Of a stretch of 64,000 bases of DNA, positions 14,573 through 28,039 are shown in pieces. The stretch is from the human T2T-CHM13v2.0 reference genome, Homo sapiens. Positions within the stretch are counted from its first letter, which is position 1; each line of letters opens with the position of its first letter. The stretch is taken from the NCBI RefSeq assembly GCF_009914755.1, contig NC_060935.1. One strand, 5' to 3'. A program made the translations under genes and the position numbers. A model generated the notes under the pieces. That model did not search any database. It saw only the letters and a list, made by a program, of their open reading frames with translations, and was not told the origin of the DNA.

Positions 14573-16281
14573 CGGTCTCAAAAGCTCCTGAATCACCAAA
14601 GGCTTCTGGCTGATAAGGAGGCCTTTAGAAGGTGCCACTTCCCTGAAGTGATGCCAGGCTCCTCCCATTCAGCATCCAAAAGAGGAGTCCAAGTACCAAA
14701 GTCAAAGGTTAGGAGTTTTAAGTAGATGTTACTAAGCCTTAGTAACAAAGAATCTCTCAAAAGTCAGCCCAGTTGATATAAAAAAAAAAAATCAACAAGA
14801 ATTAACAGAGACACCGAACCACCTTAATAACAATTGAAAGATGAACTAGGATTTAAGCCACAAGTCACAGAACAGAAAAAAAAGCAAATCTGACTGGGAA
14901 CCAAAGTTGTTGATACAATGGCTAGTGCCAGTGGTCTAGGCTGGGCTTCTGGTTCACCCGTTACTAAGGCAGTGGTGGGAAGCAGACCACCAGGCCTCCA
15001 GGGAGGATGAGGGTCTGGGCTAGGAGGTGTTTGGACAATGGAAAACCATCAGGTATTTGGAGGGTAGTCCACTTTCCAGGGCTATACGAAGGTGTCTGTG
15101 GAGTGGTTAAAATCTAATGGTATTGTTCGCAAATGTCCCCTTCCTTGCCAATTAGCTGTTTAAGTAAATAGTAATGAGGACTGAAACAGGGGTGTCAATG
15201 AGGCCCATGAATGATCTTCCCAGTATCTTGAAGATGTGGGAAAGACTTCATCACTGCAAGAGGGAGAGATACTGCAGTAAGAAGTTCACTTCTAATACAA
15301 TGCCTTACAATCTGGGTTGTGCTTTTTTTTTTTTTTTTTTTTAAAGCATGGCTTGATCTCAAAACTATCTAGAACTGCCTGTAGTTCCTCCAGACAACTC
15401 TACACCAGGGATGGTGGTTGGAGCCCTAAGTACCTAGGAACAATGAAAGTGGAGAAATGAGGTCAAACTGTATTCATGGAAGAAAAAAGCTGAGATCTTT
15501 TGTTTGCTTTTCTAAACAAAAACACTTAGATTTGAGAGATCCATTTGCATTTCCTGAGGGAAAATGTGCTCCAGAAGCATTACTTCTATTAGCCATATTT
15601 TTGGGGTTTCATAAGCAGGGTTAAGACCAAAATGTATTGGGTTGTCCATCTAGGCCAGAGTCCAGGATCAAGTGAGACTCAGTCATCCTTCTTTTAAGTT
15701 ATGGGAGATGGTGGTCAGCATGCAATACACAGCAGTGCCTCAGGGCAGCCCTGCTAGGTCCAGACAGTCCTCTTTTATATCAGGATCCAAGCTCATACTC
15801 TCCTGTTTGGGTCAGGTTTGGAACAAATGCTTAGCAGAGATGGTCCTGAGGTAGAGGATGACAGGCAAGCCACATCAGAGTACTCCAGTTCTATTTTTGA
15901 TACAAATGAGACAAGAAAGCCTCCAAGGAAGTCTGATATATGGAAATTCCTGAAGGATTTGGGTTCCAGACTTTGATCACCTAGAAGGCCCTAAAGCCAT
16001 GGAATACATGACGAGAACACCTTTTGCTCTCAAAACGCCGAAGTAGGGACTGGTCTCCAAACTGAAAGCCATAGAAGTAATAGCCTTCAAAGGACCTAGA
16101 AAAGCCACAGTCCATGGAAGTGACAGGCTTCAAAGGAAGGCCCAACTCTCAGGTGTACCAGGTTAGAGTTGGGCTATGCCAAACCCAATAAGAAATACTA
16201 AGAGAGGTGTGCACATTCAAGCAGCAAGTGCCTATAGGCAAATTTCCCATGCAGACCTGGAGACTGAAATTCCAAAACTCC

Positions 16282-16902
16282 AATCAGTATATCGAAGAGG
16301 TATCTGCACTCCCATGTTTGTTGCAGCATCATTTACAATAGCCAAGATTTGGAAGCAACCTAAGTGTCCATCAAGACATGAATGAACAAAGAAAATGTGG
16401 TACATATACACAATGGAGTACTACGCAGCCATAAAAAAGAATGAGATCCTGTCATTTGCAACAATATAGATGGAACTGGAGGTCATTATATTAAGTGAAA
16501 TAAGTCAGGCACAGACAGACAAACATCACCTGTTCTCACTTATTTGTGGGAGCTAAAAATTACAACAATTGAATTCATGGAGTTACAGAGTAGAGGGAAG
16601 GGTAGTAGGGAGCAGGTGGTTAATGGGTACAAAAAATAGTTAGAAAGAATAAATAAAACCTAGCATTTGCTAGCACAACAGGGTGACTATAGTAAAAAAA
16701 ATTTTTTTAAGTGTTTATTTTAAAATATAATAGTATATAATTGGATTGTTTGAAACATAAAGAATAAATGTTTGAGGTGATAGGTACCCTATTTACCGTG
16801 ATATGATTTTGTCTCATTGCATGCTTGTGTCAAAATATGTCATGTAACCCATAAACACATACACCTACCATGTACCCACAAAAATTAAAAATAAAAAAAA
16901 AA
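16282..16902 (+). mobile_element. L1MA-type LINE 3' end
   Basis: ORF2 C-terminal remnant (ICTPMFVAASFTIAKIWKQPKCPS), L1MA 3'UTR motif gcacaacagggtgactatag and an A-tail. Confidence 0.85.
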
Positions 16903-17095
16903 TCCTCCCACCTTAGCCTCCCGAGTAACTGGGACTATAGGTGTGCACCACCATGCCCAGCTAATCTTTTTTTTTTTTGTAGACACAGGATTTCCCTATG
17001 TTGCCCAGGCTGGCCTCAAACTCTGCTCAAGAGATCCTCCCCCCTCAGCCTTCCACAGTGCTGAGATTATAGGAACGAGTTCCGGCACCCAGCTG
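16903..17095 (-). mobile_element. AluJ fragment
   Basis: tcctcccaccttagcctcccgagtaactgggac...tgctgagattatagg. Confidence 0.75.
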
Positions 17096-17113
17096 GCTCT
17101 TTCAACTATTTAA

Positions 17114-17454
<341 letters not shown>

Positions 17455-17860
17455 AGAAATTCTTTGAAGGCCACTGTTGACCTTTGTATCCTATGCTGTA
17501 GCATCCAGGACCCAGTGCTGCACACAGGTGGTGCTCAATATGTATTTGTTGATTTATTCTGTGTGCTGGTTTAAAAGCAGAGTCATAGGACAGAGCACAC
17601 TGCATGGGGGTGGAAGTCCTGTCACCTTCCCACATCTCAATTGCTTCTCTGTAAAATGGGGTAGTTGGACGAAACCATTGATTTTCAAACTGTGCTCCTT
17701 TGAGCCTTATTAGGGCTTCTTAGAGATGCCTCAGTAGCCACCAAGCACAGAGGAGTGGGGCACTGGCCTACCCCAAATTTATTGAGAGTGGATCTGCTTT
17801 TGTCAGTTTAACATTTTGGGGTTCACAGTAGAAAGTCATTTATAAGGGTTCAGTTGCTAA

Positions 17861-18166
<306 letters not shown>

Positions 18167-18944
18167 TAAAATTTTAAAATCTTACCTGAATTGATTATTT
18201 CAAAGGTCCCTTTGACTGTAACGTTTGATTTTGTTGTTTCATTGACATTTAAATGATAGTTGTCTTATCTGGTATTGGTCCATCCCATCTAAGAACTGTG
18301 CTTCCCAATACCCTCACCCTCCTCTGGGGACATCTCCCACTTTTGCATGGATGTTGTTTGTGTCTTAACTGCATTCCTCTTTTGTGCTCCTAATCTTAGT
18401 CATCTCAAACATGTAACCTCCTCCCTTCCCTCCAACCTTCGTGTGAACTTAATTGGTGTCCTAATTGTTGGGAGAGCCACCTGGGACACCTCCCTTCCTT
18501 CACTCAGCTTGAATGCATTCCTGGTTCTTTCCGCATTTGCTCTCCATTGCATTCTTACCTTGTGCTTCTTAGTATTTCTCTTTTGCCTGGCATAGTATTT
18601 GGCTCCTCCAACCCAAACTCCAGCCCTGGCCCATGATCACTAAAAAGGATTCCCATGAACACTAAAAAAATTTTGTAGGTGATGTCTATAGACTAACAGC
18701 CTAACTAATGGAGAAGAAAAAAGGACAAAAAAAGAAAAGATAAAAGGAGATAAGGAAAGCAAGAGGAACAAAAGAAAGTGTGTGTTTCTTGGCATGGGTG
18801 ATATGCACTCTTCCTCACTCCTTCTCCAAAATATATCCCAATTTCCGCTATGTATGAGGCTGCTTATGACTAACAATCTAGTAAAGGACAAAAACAGAAT
18901 AAAACTTGCACTCTCCATTCCTTCTCATCAAGTAGCAGTCAACT

Positions 18945-19200
18945 GGTATGATTTTGAGAGATAATATCACACGAAGTTTAAGTGTGGGCTCTCGGTTAGA
19001 CTGCCTGGAATCTTGCAGCCACTGTCATTGCTAGCTTTGTGACCTTGACCTTGTTATGCCTCAGGTTCTTCATCTGTAGGAAAAGTGGGGGTAATAATAT
19101 TTTAAGGTCATTATGAGGATGAAATTAGATAATATGGGTACAGTGTTCTGAGTAAGACCTGGCACAAAGTAAGGCACTATACGTGTTGGCTGTTATTCTG
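18945..19200 (+). mobile_element. MIR
   Basis: gctttgtgaccttg...cctcaggtttcttcatctgt...cctggcacaaagtaaggcact. Confidence 0.7.
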
Positions 19201-19607
19201 AAAAAAAAAAAAAAAAAAAAAAAAGGTTTGCTTTAAGTCTCTTCCTCCATCCTTGAGCGCAACATCATGTTCCCCTGCAAATGAACTGGCCCAGTCCCGT
19301 TTGGCCTTACCATGCCTGTCACAGCCTAATAAATGTTGATGGTAAAGGATGGCAAGCTTTGGGGCACTCGATGCTCTTGCTTCTCTCTGTGGAGAGCCTA
19401 TTAAGTGCTCTGACTATTGTGCTAGTAATGCACTAATTTCAGTTAGTTAAAGAAAGGAACTAACCACATTGTAATCTATTCACAACAGGCCTGTTTAGAA
19501 GATTCAGCCTGGGGCAACATATATGTTTTATTATTTTATTGCAAGAATATAATAAAATAGGAAACAAATGAACTTCAATTTTTGCTTTTACTTGGCTTGT
19601 CTGCTAA

Positions 19608-19790
19608 GTGTGTGGTTCTTAATCAGCTATGTGCATTAGAATCACCTGGGGAAGTTTTCAAAACCCATACAGGTATGGGCCCCATTCCCCAAGGATTCTG
19701 ATTCACAAGGCCTAGGTGATGTTCTGGCATGTTTATTTGGAAAACATTTACCCAAGGGATTCTGAGACAGAACTACTCTTCCAAGTATTT
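19608..19790. mobile_element. MER5A-like DNA transposon
   Basis: gtggttcttaatc...gcattagaatcacctgggga...gattctgattca...gggattctga. Confidence 0.65.
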
Positions 19791-21961
19791 CTGGACCCTT
19801 TCTTCCCTTTCAGCAAAAACCAGCTTCAACTAGAAGGTAAAGACCATCTACAGGTTTGACAGCATCCACATAACGAGATGTGCTAGAAATTTTCTACCAA
19901 ATTCTCCACTCACGGAAGAAAATATCTTTAGTTCATGTCCCCAATATTCCATGGAATTATGAATTATGTTTCATTAAGATTGAGCTACTAGCCTCTCTTT
20001 AGTGAATTTTTCTGCCATTTTTATGAGAACAACAACAACAACAAAAGCCTTTGCGGGTAATTTTGCAACTTACTTCTCTCACTTGAAGCTGACTCTGCAC
20101 TGGGATGTTGAGAGTGTGATGGCATTTGTTGTAATTTCTGTTTTTCTCTTGGGTGTTCGTCCTCCTCCTTTCTTATTTTAGGATACCTGTCTACTTTCAC
20201 ATATGAGAGACTCGAGTAACTCAGAACTTTGATCTAGAGATAAGAGTGAAATAGGGAACAGGAAAAATATAATTGAATTCTATTTAACTAAAGCACAATT
20301 CTTATTTTCATAAAAGGATAGACATTATAAGTAAAAAAAAAAAAGGCAAATTTGTTCACCTACTGGTGCCTCCTGAGCCTCCAAATTTCTCCCTATTATC
20401 ACTGGCTGCTTCTCTGCCATTAAAAATTACTGATAATTCTACCATCTACAGTAGTGCCTTCTATACTGGCGCTAAAGAAATACCAGATAAAGTGATCTGA
20501 CAAGTAAAAAAGGGACTTTAAAAGGGGACTTTATTTCTCTGTACATTCAACAAAATCTCTTATCTCCTTTATTCCGAAGACCATAGAAAACAATCAAGTC
20601 AGAGGCTTGTGGGAGCCCCCTATGTCATTTTCATTGAGTTAATATGTAAAGTGCTTAGGATAGTGCCTGGCACATAGTAAGAGCATGTATGTTAGTTATT
20701 TTTATCCCTTTTTATTACCTTCAGGTAATTTTATTATTATATTTGGGCTACAACCAATTTTTAGGACCTAAACATGTGTAATCTCTCTAGATATGTGTCT
20801 TATTTATAGTAGGCACTCAAGAAATCTTATTGAATTGAAGTAAAGGAAGTTAATCCTGGTGAAGTCATAAATAACGTTTTCGAGTTTCAGAGATGTTTCA
20901 TAGAAGAAATGCCCTTTCGAGAGTAAAAAAGCAAAGAACAGGTGTTCTAAACACAGCTGTTATGTGGAATTTCAAGAGCTGAAAAGTCAAAACTTTCATG
21001 GGCACATTGCTCCAGGCTGCTCTATATTGTGATTAGTACACTTCAATACATGATGCCATGAAATGTAAAGCCACAGACTTTTATGTGACCTACATACTTG
21101 TACTGCATGAGTAACAGGGCACTGTCATGATGTGTCACTGAGCTAAGAGTAGGCATGCTCCTTGGTGGAATATTTTTATTGTGTGTAGGAAATTCTGGGA
21201 CATACTAAAGAAAAATGGATCATAAACACTCCTTCCAATGGGCTCCCATCAGAAAGCTGTTCATATCTCTAGTCCACCATGTACTTCTTTGCATTGTTTA
21301 TCTGCTTCCATCACTTTCTTCTACTACCAAGCTGTGAGCTTCTTGAAGGCAGTCTCCACATTATTTATCTTCATATCTCCAGTGCTCACCAGAACCTAGC
21401 ACATAGCACTCAGCAAGTGTTAAATGAAGACAGGATGTCACAGTAATCTTCATCTTTTTCAGTTTCCATAGTAAATAAGCAGGAGAAATGTCTCCATGTA
21501 TATTTTGTATATTAAAATTTACAAACCAAAAATTGAGATCTATTGTCTGAAACACAATCTGACAGTGAGAGAAAATATTTGAAATCTAGATGATCTCAGA
21601 AAATTCTGAACAGATGAATGCCCTATCCATGTGTGAGTTACATTATTCATTTATTCTTCCCTTTCTCTCTCCATCTATCCAGCCATTCACTCACCTATCT
21701 GTCCCTCATCATCCATCCATTCATCCATGACTTTATTAAAGGACACCACCAACTCACATTTTCAAAAATATGGAGGAAATTTCTTGCTTTAGACTTATGA
21801 AAATAACTGCAAAGTGGCAAGATTACCTTTCTTTGCTTTAGTACAGAATTTGTTGCTAACAGCTCATATAATATAGGATTTTATTCAAATTTATAAAAAT
21901 ATTTAAAAATTTTTTTTCAAAATGTAAACAAAAGGAAAAGAACACATTTTATTACTTTTTA

Positions 21962-22332
<371 letters not shown>

Positions 22333-24069
22333 TTAGTGTTTATGTTTATTGTGAGGTAAATAGTAGAAAGATTAAGTCAAATCATACAATCCTCATGTGG
22401 GGTATAAATGTGGATTTTTTTCATTAGAAAATATTTTGGAATAAAACAACCTCACAAATTTGCCATACATACCAGAATAAGAAACTTGTTAAAATGTTGT
22501 AATGCCTAATAACTATTGTTAGAATGTATTAGTCGTGTCCTTTCAATGGTTTAATATGACCAAGCCATCTGTTTGAAATGTAATTTTGCCTGAGATTTTG
22601 TCTCTAGTTTTTTAATTCTTCTAAACTAAACGTCCAGCAGAATTCTCTTAAATAACTAGGGCCTGATTCAAAGTTTTCACTATATCCACGTTGTTTGCCA
22701 AGTACTTACTGTCTATGGACAGGTTTACCATGATAAAGAACATAACATGCAAAAACAGACCATTATTTTAATGAAGATTGTATGTGAAATCAGAATTATT
22801 TAGGCTATCTGTATATCTATTCATGAAAATACAGAACAGCTTTAAGATTTTTTATTACTGATTACTGACCCTCTTCTACACCCTCCCCTTTTTCCCCAAG
22901 TGGATAGATATTTTTTTCTCAGTGATGATATTCACCCCTTTTTTTAGGATGGAGATTTCTCCTCCCAGTGGATTAGAAAGAAGAAGCATGGCTATTTCTT
23001 TGCCATGCTGGCCACAGCCTTCTTAGCTGTATCCTCCAAGTCAATGCCATAAGTAATGGGGAGTTAGTTAGATGCTATTAAGCATATTTTAAGGCCCCTG
23101 GACATTGAATCCTTCAAACTTGACCACCAGAGGGGCCATGAGTTCTAGTTCTCAGCAGTGTTTGATGATGCCATTGGCAATGACAGCAAAATTCACTATC
23201 ACACCTAAAACAATGTTGACGGTGATTTCAAACTTAGGATCAGCAATGAGCAATTTAAATGTTTAGTACACCTGAGCTTCCTCTACACTACTGCTAATAT
23301 CTAAGAAGTTGGCTGGGCTTTGATCATTAAGGGTAATAACGTCTCAGAGAGCCATGTATAGCCCAGCATCACTTAGTAAGGATTCCCATCTAGTTTTAAT
23401 TTTAGATCATATCTGGTTGCTTCATTTTCGATAGACACATCTTGAATTTGTTGGCCATGCCAAATATGTTTTTTGTGGACATTCTGCATTGTCCTCAAGG
23501 TTTATCATGACATCAAAATAGACAACCTATCATTCCAGAGTTTCACCAAAGGTTTCACTTCAAGCTAAGTAGCATATAATTTCAGGAAGCAGTAAAACAG
23601 CTGGTTAAGCCTGATTTTTGTAGACCTGTAGAAGCCTACATTTTTTCCCCTTTACTAAACTTGACTGTTCTCTATGCCCTCAAAATGTAAATTTCCTCCT
23701 TAAAAATAAATTCCGGTAAGAAGCTGCCACTTATAACGCCTCTCCTGGAGGCTGCCATCAGTAAAGGCCATTGCAGGATTAGCCCATTAAAACTTTATTG
23801 TGGGAACATCACACCCAGTGCCAGTTACGAAATATTCTAACTTTTACCCTGTTTTCTGACATCAGTTTCTTGCTCTTAGGTACCTGCAGGAGCAGCCATC
23901 TTTTAGATGTTAATTCAACTCCCTTGGACTTCTCTGAAAGGAGTGGGGCCTGAGCACCAGCATTCACAAAATTTTTTGACCTGCATTGTCATAGGAGAAT
24001 GACACCTTAAACAAAAACCAGGCACAGAGGAGTCTGACTAGGTAACTGAGATGAGAGAAGAAGGGACCT

Positions 24070-24223
<154 letters not shown>

Positions 24224-26531
24224 TAATTCTACATTGGAAACCAACCTTGAGAAAAAGCCTACATTGTGTGTGTGTGTGTTGGGGCAGGGAGCGGTGTGTA
24301 TGCTTCTGTCCAGATCTGAGTTCCTGAAAATCATAGTGTCTTATCCAGCTTTGTATCCCCAGTATCTAGTATAGTGCCTTATATATACTAAGTGCTTAAT
24401 AAATGGTTATTACATGAATTACGGTTTGGATGAGTCCTTGTGCCACTGGAAACCCTCTCGAGATCACATTTAGAGGACTGCCACAGCAGCATGTCTGAGA
24501 GTCTTAGTTTGTTTAGTTTAACGCATTCTCTAACATGATGATTAACCCTCATGTAATCTCAGTCACAATTTTATCACTATAGATATTAATGAGCATGTTG
24601 AATCCAGCTGCTGCTGTGGTTTTACGTCCAGAATACCATAAGCCTATAAAATCCATTCCATTGGAAAGCAGAGTGGCCTTACATTAATTTCTAAGCTTTA
24701 CACAACAATTAGGCAAAATTAGACAAGACTTCATGCTTTTTAAGTCCAAAGATTCCCTTTCTAGTTTTATTATGAAGCCAATACATCGAAGAATACTTTC
24801 CTCCCACAGTGCTTAAGACCAGTGCTAGATTACAAATACATAAATGGGCCATGACTTCCACCCCACCCGCAAAATGATCCAGGCAGGAAATTCCAACTTG
24901 CTTGTCCATTGCTCAATCTACCCTTTGCTAAAGGAAGACATTTCTAGGTGAGGACATTTATAGTCAAATAAATTCTAAATGATAATGTTCAGTAACAGAT
25001 CTTCTGAGCAAGGAAATATATCCACCTGTCTGGAAAAGACTCAAATTCTGTGTCACTTGTAATGGGCCAGTGTGGAGTCTAAGCTGATGACAAAGCATCT
25101 CCTAGCTCTTCCCCTTCCTCTTCAGCTCTCCGGCTGTAACTCTGGGGAGGCTGTAGAGGCACAACATTCTCCTCTCTGGATTCTTCACTCATTACCTGTA
25201 AATGCTACATCACATGATCTCAGTTTCTTCAAATACCCTCTCTGTTGACTGCATGTTAATCTGTTCAATAGGTATTTTTATCCCAAAATAATGCAGGACC
25301 CAGAGGTGGAGAAATCTGTGGATTTGTGGTGGAAGAGAAATTATGAAAAGAAAAACTGAGCCAGATCCTGGTGAAGCAATTCTAGGGTTAGCAAGAAAAC
25401 CAATTAGAAAAGAACTATAGTCTAAGGTGCCACATAGAGTTGAGAACCTGCTTACATTCATTCATTCCTTTCACACTTTTCCTTGAGTATCTATTACATA
25501 TTGGTCATCTGCTAAGTTCTGTAATACAAAGATGAATGAGACCCTCCCCTTGAATTACTCACATTAAACAGTGGCGAGATTGTCTCTAATTGCTATGGCA
25601 TACATGTGTACAAATATGCTTTGAAGAAGTCAGTTCTAAGTGATACCAAGGCTGCCTCACACTTAGACAATAAGAGAATCAGAGAGAAAAGCTTGTCATT
25701 CAGACAGTAGGTAGATTCAAACAGAAGATGTATGACAGAGAATAACTATTGACATAAATAGAGGCCAAAGATGGTGAAAAGGTGAGAGGGTGGGAGTGGT
25801 GTGCAAGACCCTGGAAGAGACTTTTGGGATGCAGGAGATCTGGGGATCCAGGCTGATTCTGGACATTTTAGAAATGCCATTCCTAAAGGTTAGATAAAGG
25901 ATATAATTTGTTGTGGAGATTAAACTCTCTAGCCCTCCCCTACCATTTTCCATTCATCACATGGGATTGCAGCTACCTACCTTGAGTGGTTTGAGTTTAG
26001 GAAAGTTTTAGCTGAGGGAATCAACTGAAAGGAGTAAAAGTCACTGGTTCAGCAACAAACTGGCAGAGATCCATGTCCATGTCATTTGTTTGGCCTAGAG
26101 CCAATATTAATATTTTTATTGATGTTTTTTGGAAGGATGAGTCAAGACTCTATAGCGTAATTTGATGGATAACACAAAGACAAAAATTAACAGAATTACT
26201 AGACTTCTGTCCTTAGTGATTATTTACAGTTTAGGTGTTTATTTTCTGTCTTTTTCAACTAGACTGTAAGTTCCATGAGGGCAGGAACTTTGTCTTGTTT
26301 GTTCTTATTTTCCTAACATGTAGAATGGCGCCTGCAAATAACAGTTGCTCAGTAAGTAGTTTTACATTGCTTGAACCACAGTGATAGGCTGTGATGAGTA
26401 CTGTGATAGCAGTATGCACTGGTGCTATGAGAGCACAGCATTCACTCTGTCTTGAGGTTCAGGGTAGGCTTCAGAGAGAAGGTGACATTTGAGCTTGAAG
26501 AGTGAGTAGCACTTCATGAAATAGAATGAGA

Positions 26532-26579
26532 GAGAATGGTATTTCTTTTTTTTTTTTTTTTTTTTGAGAATGGTATTTC
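26532..26579 (-). mobile_element. Poly(A)-only retrotransposition insertion with 14-bp TSD
   Basis: gagaatggtatttc (26532-26545) + T20 (26546-26565) + gagaatggtatttc (26566-26579). Confidence 0.75.
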
Positions 26580-27164
26580 AGAAAGGGTGGAACACCATGA
26601 ATAAAGCAATGTGTTATTAAAAAAATAGTATGTTTGGGGGATAATAAAAAGTTTATCTTTTGAATTCTGATACTTAAATAGTCAACAGTATGCATGGGAA
26701 GTAAATTTCCTTCCATACAGGCATACATTACTTCATGCAATAGTTGTGAAACAAGGACCACAGGGAGATGCAAGCAAATTACGTTTAAAAGACTATGGAG
26801 TAAAATTCTTTTGTCAGGTGGATTAATCTATCCCTAATGAATCTCTCCCGAGAAGCTTTTCCCTCCAAAGGTCTATCTTTTTCCAAGACGTTTATTCAGG
26901 GAGGTATCCTTCATATCTCCCTGAAAAGAAAGAAAAGTAAATAGTGGCTAATGCTTTTAACAATGATTAAAAAAATCAGAAAGGTCAAGGCTTTAAGGTC
27001 ATTTAATGTGAAGAGGAAATAAGATAAATGTTCAGCATTTAAGGATTATCACTAACCCAACTTTTCATAAACACAGAATAGTGGAGGTGGAACCTGCAGA
27101 GACTTTTATTCAGGGAACATCCACTGCGGGACAGGCAGATGCTTTGGTATCCAGGCTGCTCCGC

Positions 27165-27330
27165 GCCGCCAGCTGCCCAAGTAATCCTCACAACAGCCCG
27201 CAGAGGTAGGTATTAACCACCCTTTGTTTTACAGGTGAGGAAACAGAGGCACAAGACGGTCAGGTAACCGGCTTGGAGTGATGAATGAAACTAAAATAAG
27301 CGCCGACCTCGAAGCTCATTTGGTCTTTCC
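27165..27330 (-). mobile_element. MIR
   Basis: taatcctcacaacagccc...gaggtaggtatt...ttttacaggtgaggaaacagaggcaca. Confidence 0.75.
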
Positions 27331-27422
27331 CCAACCCCATGCGGCCTCATTAAAGAGACTTTTTTGATTAGCTATGGAGAAAACGTTCTTCATCAAACAT
27401 GAAATGCAATCCGGAAGGCACA

Positions 27423-27425
<3 letters not shown>

Positions 27426-27464
<39 letters not shown>

Positions 27465-27508
27465 CCTCCCTCCCTCCCCCTCCCTCCCTCCCTCTCTCTC
27501 TCTCTGTC
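27426..27508. repeat. (CT)n/(CCCT)n polypyrimidine microsatellite
   Basis: Read directly from the sequence. Confidence 0.95.
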
Positions 27509-28039
27509 TGTATGAAGTGGCTTCTGGGGCCCCACGAAGCAATGTTCCCCCAAACAGCCCCGGACGAGGGTGTCTATAATTCATCCTGTTATAATTAACC
27601 CCGGGGTTACGGTATTGCTTCTAAAGCCCTTGTTGAAATGCAGATATGGACCTCGCAGGATTGACACGATCTCTCAATTACACCTAATTAAAGAGCTGGC
27701 TCTTTGAGAATCTGACCCGACTGGGCCAGGAGTGGGAAAGGCGGGGGCTGCCGGTTGGGGTGAGGGATAGGGTTCTGCAGTCCCGGGAAGGCAGGTGAAG
27801 GGTGGGGATCAGGATTGGAAGAGTCACTGGGTGCTCGGTGAGACGAGGGAGGTTGGAGCTGAACTAAAACAAAGTTTGACTTCTGGACAATTATCCAGGG
27901 AGAGGGCGGGGAACACACCTTGCCCGGACTGTCTGGGAATCCCATTGACAGGTCATCTCAGGTTCACCATCTTCCTGTCGTGGGCTCCTCCAGGGAGGCC
28001 ACCCGGGAGCAATTAAACTGGGCCACACCAGCCACCTCC

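Noticed and set aside
14727-14747. 10-bp-arm palindrome (similar one at 45582-45604)
   Set aside because: Short AT-rich inverted repeats are plausible by chance in 64 kb.
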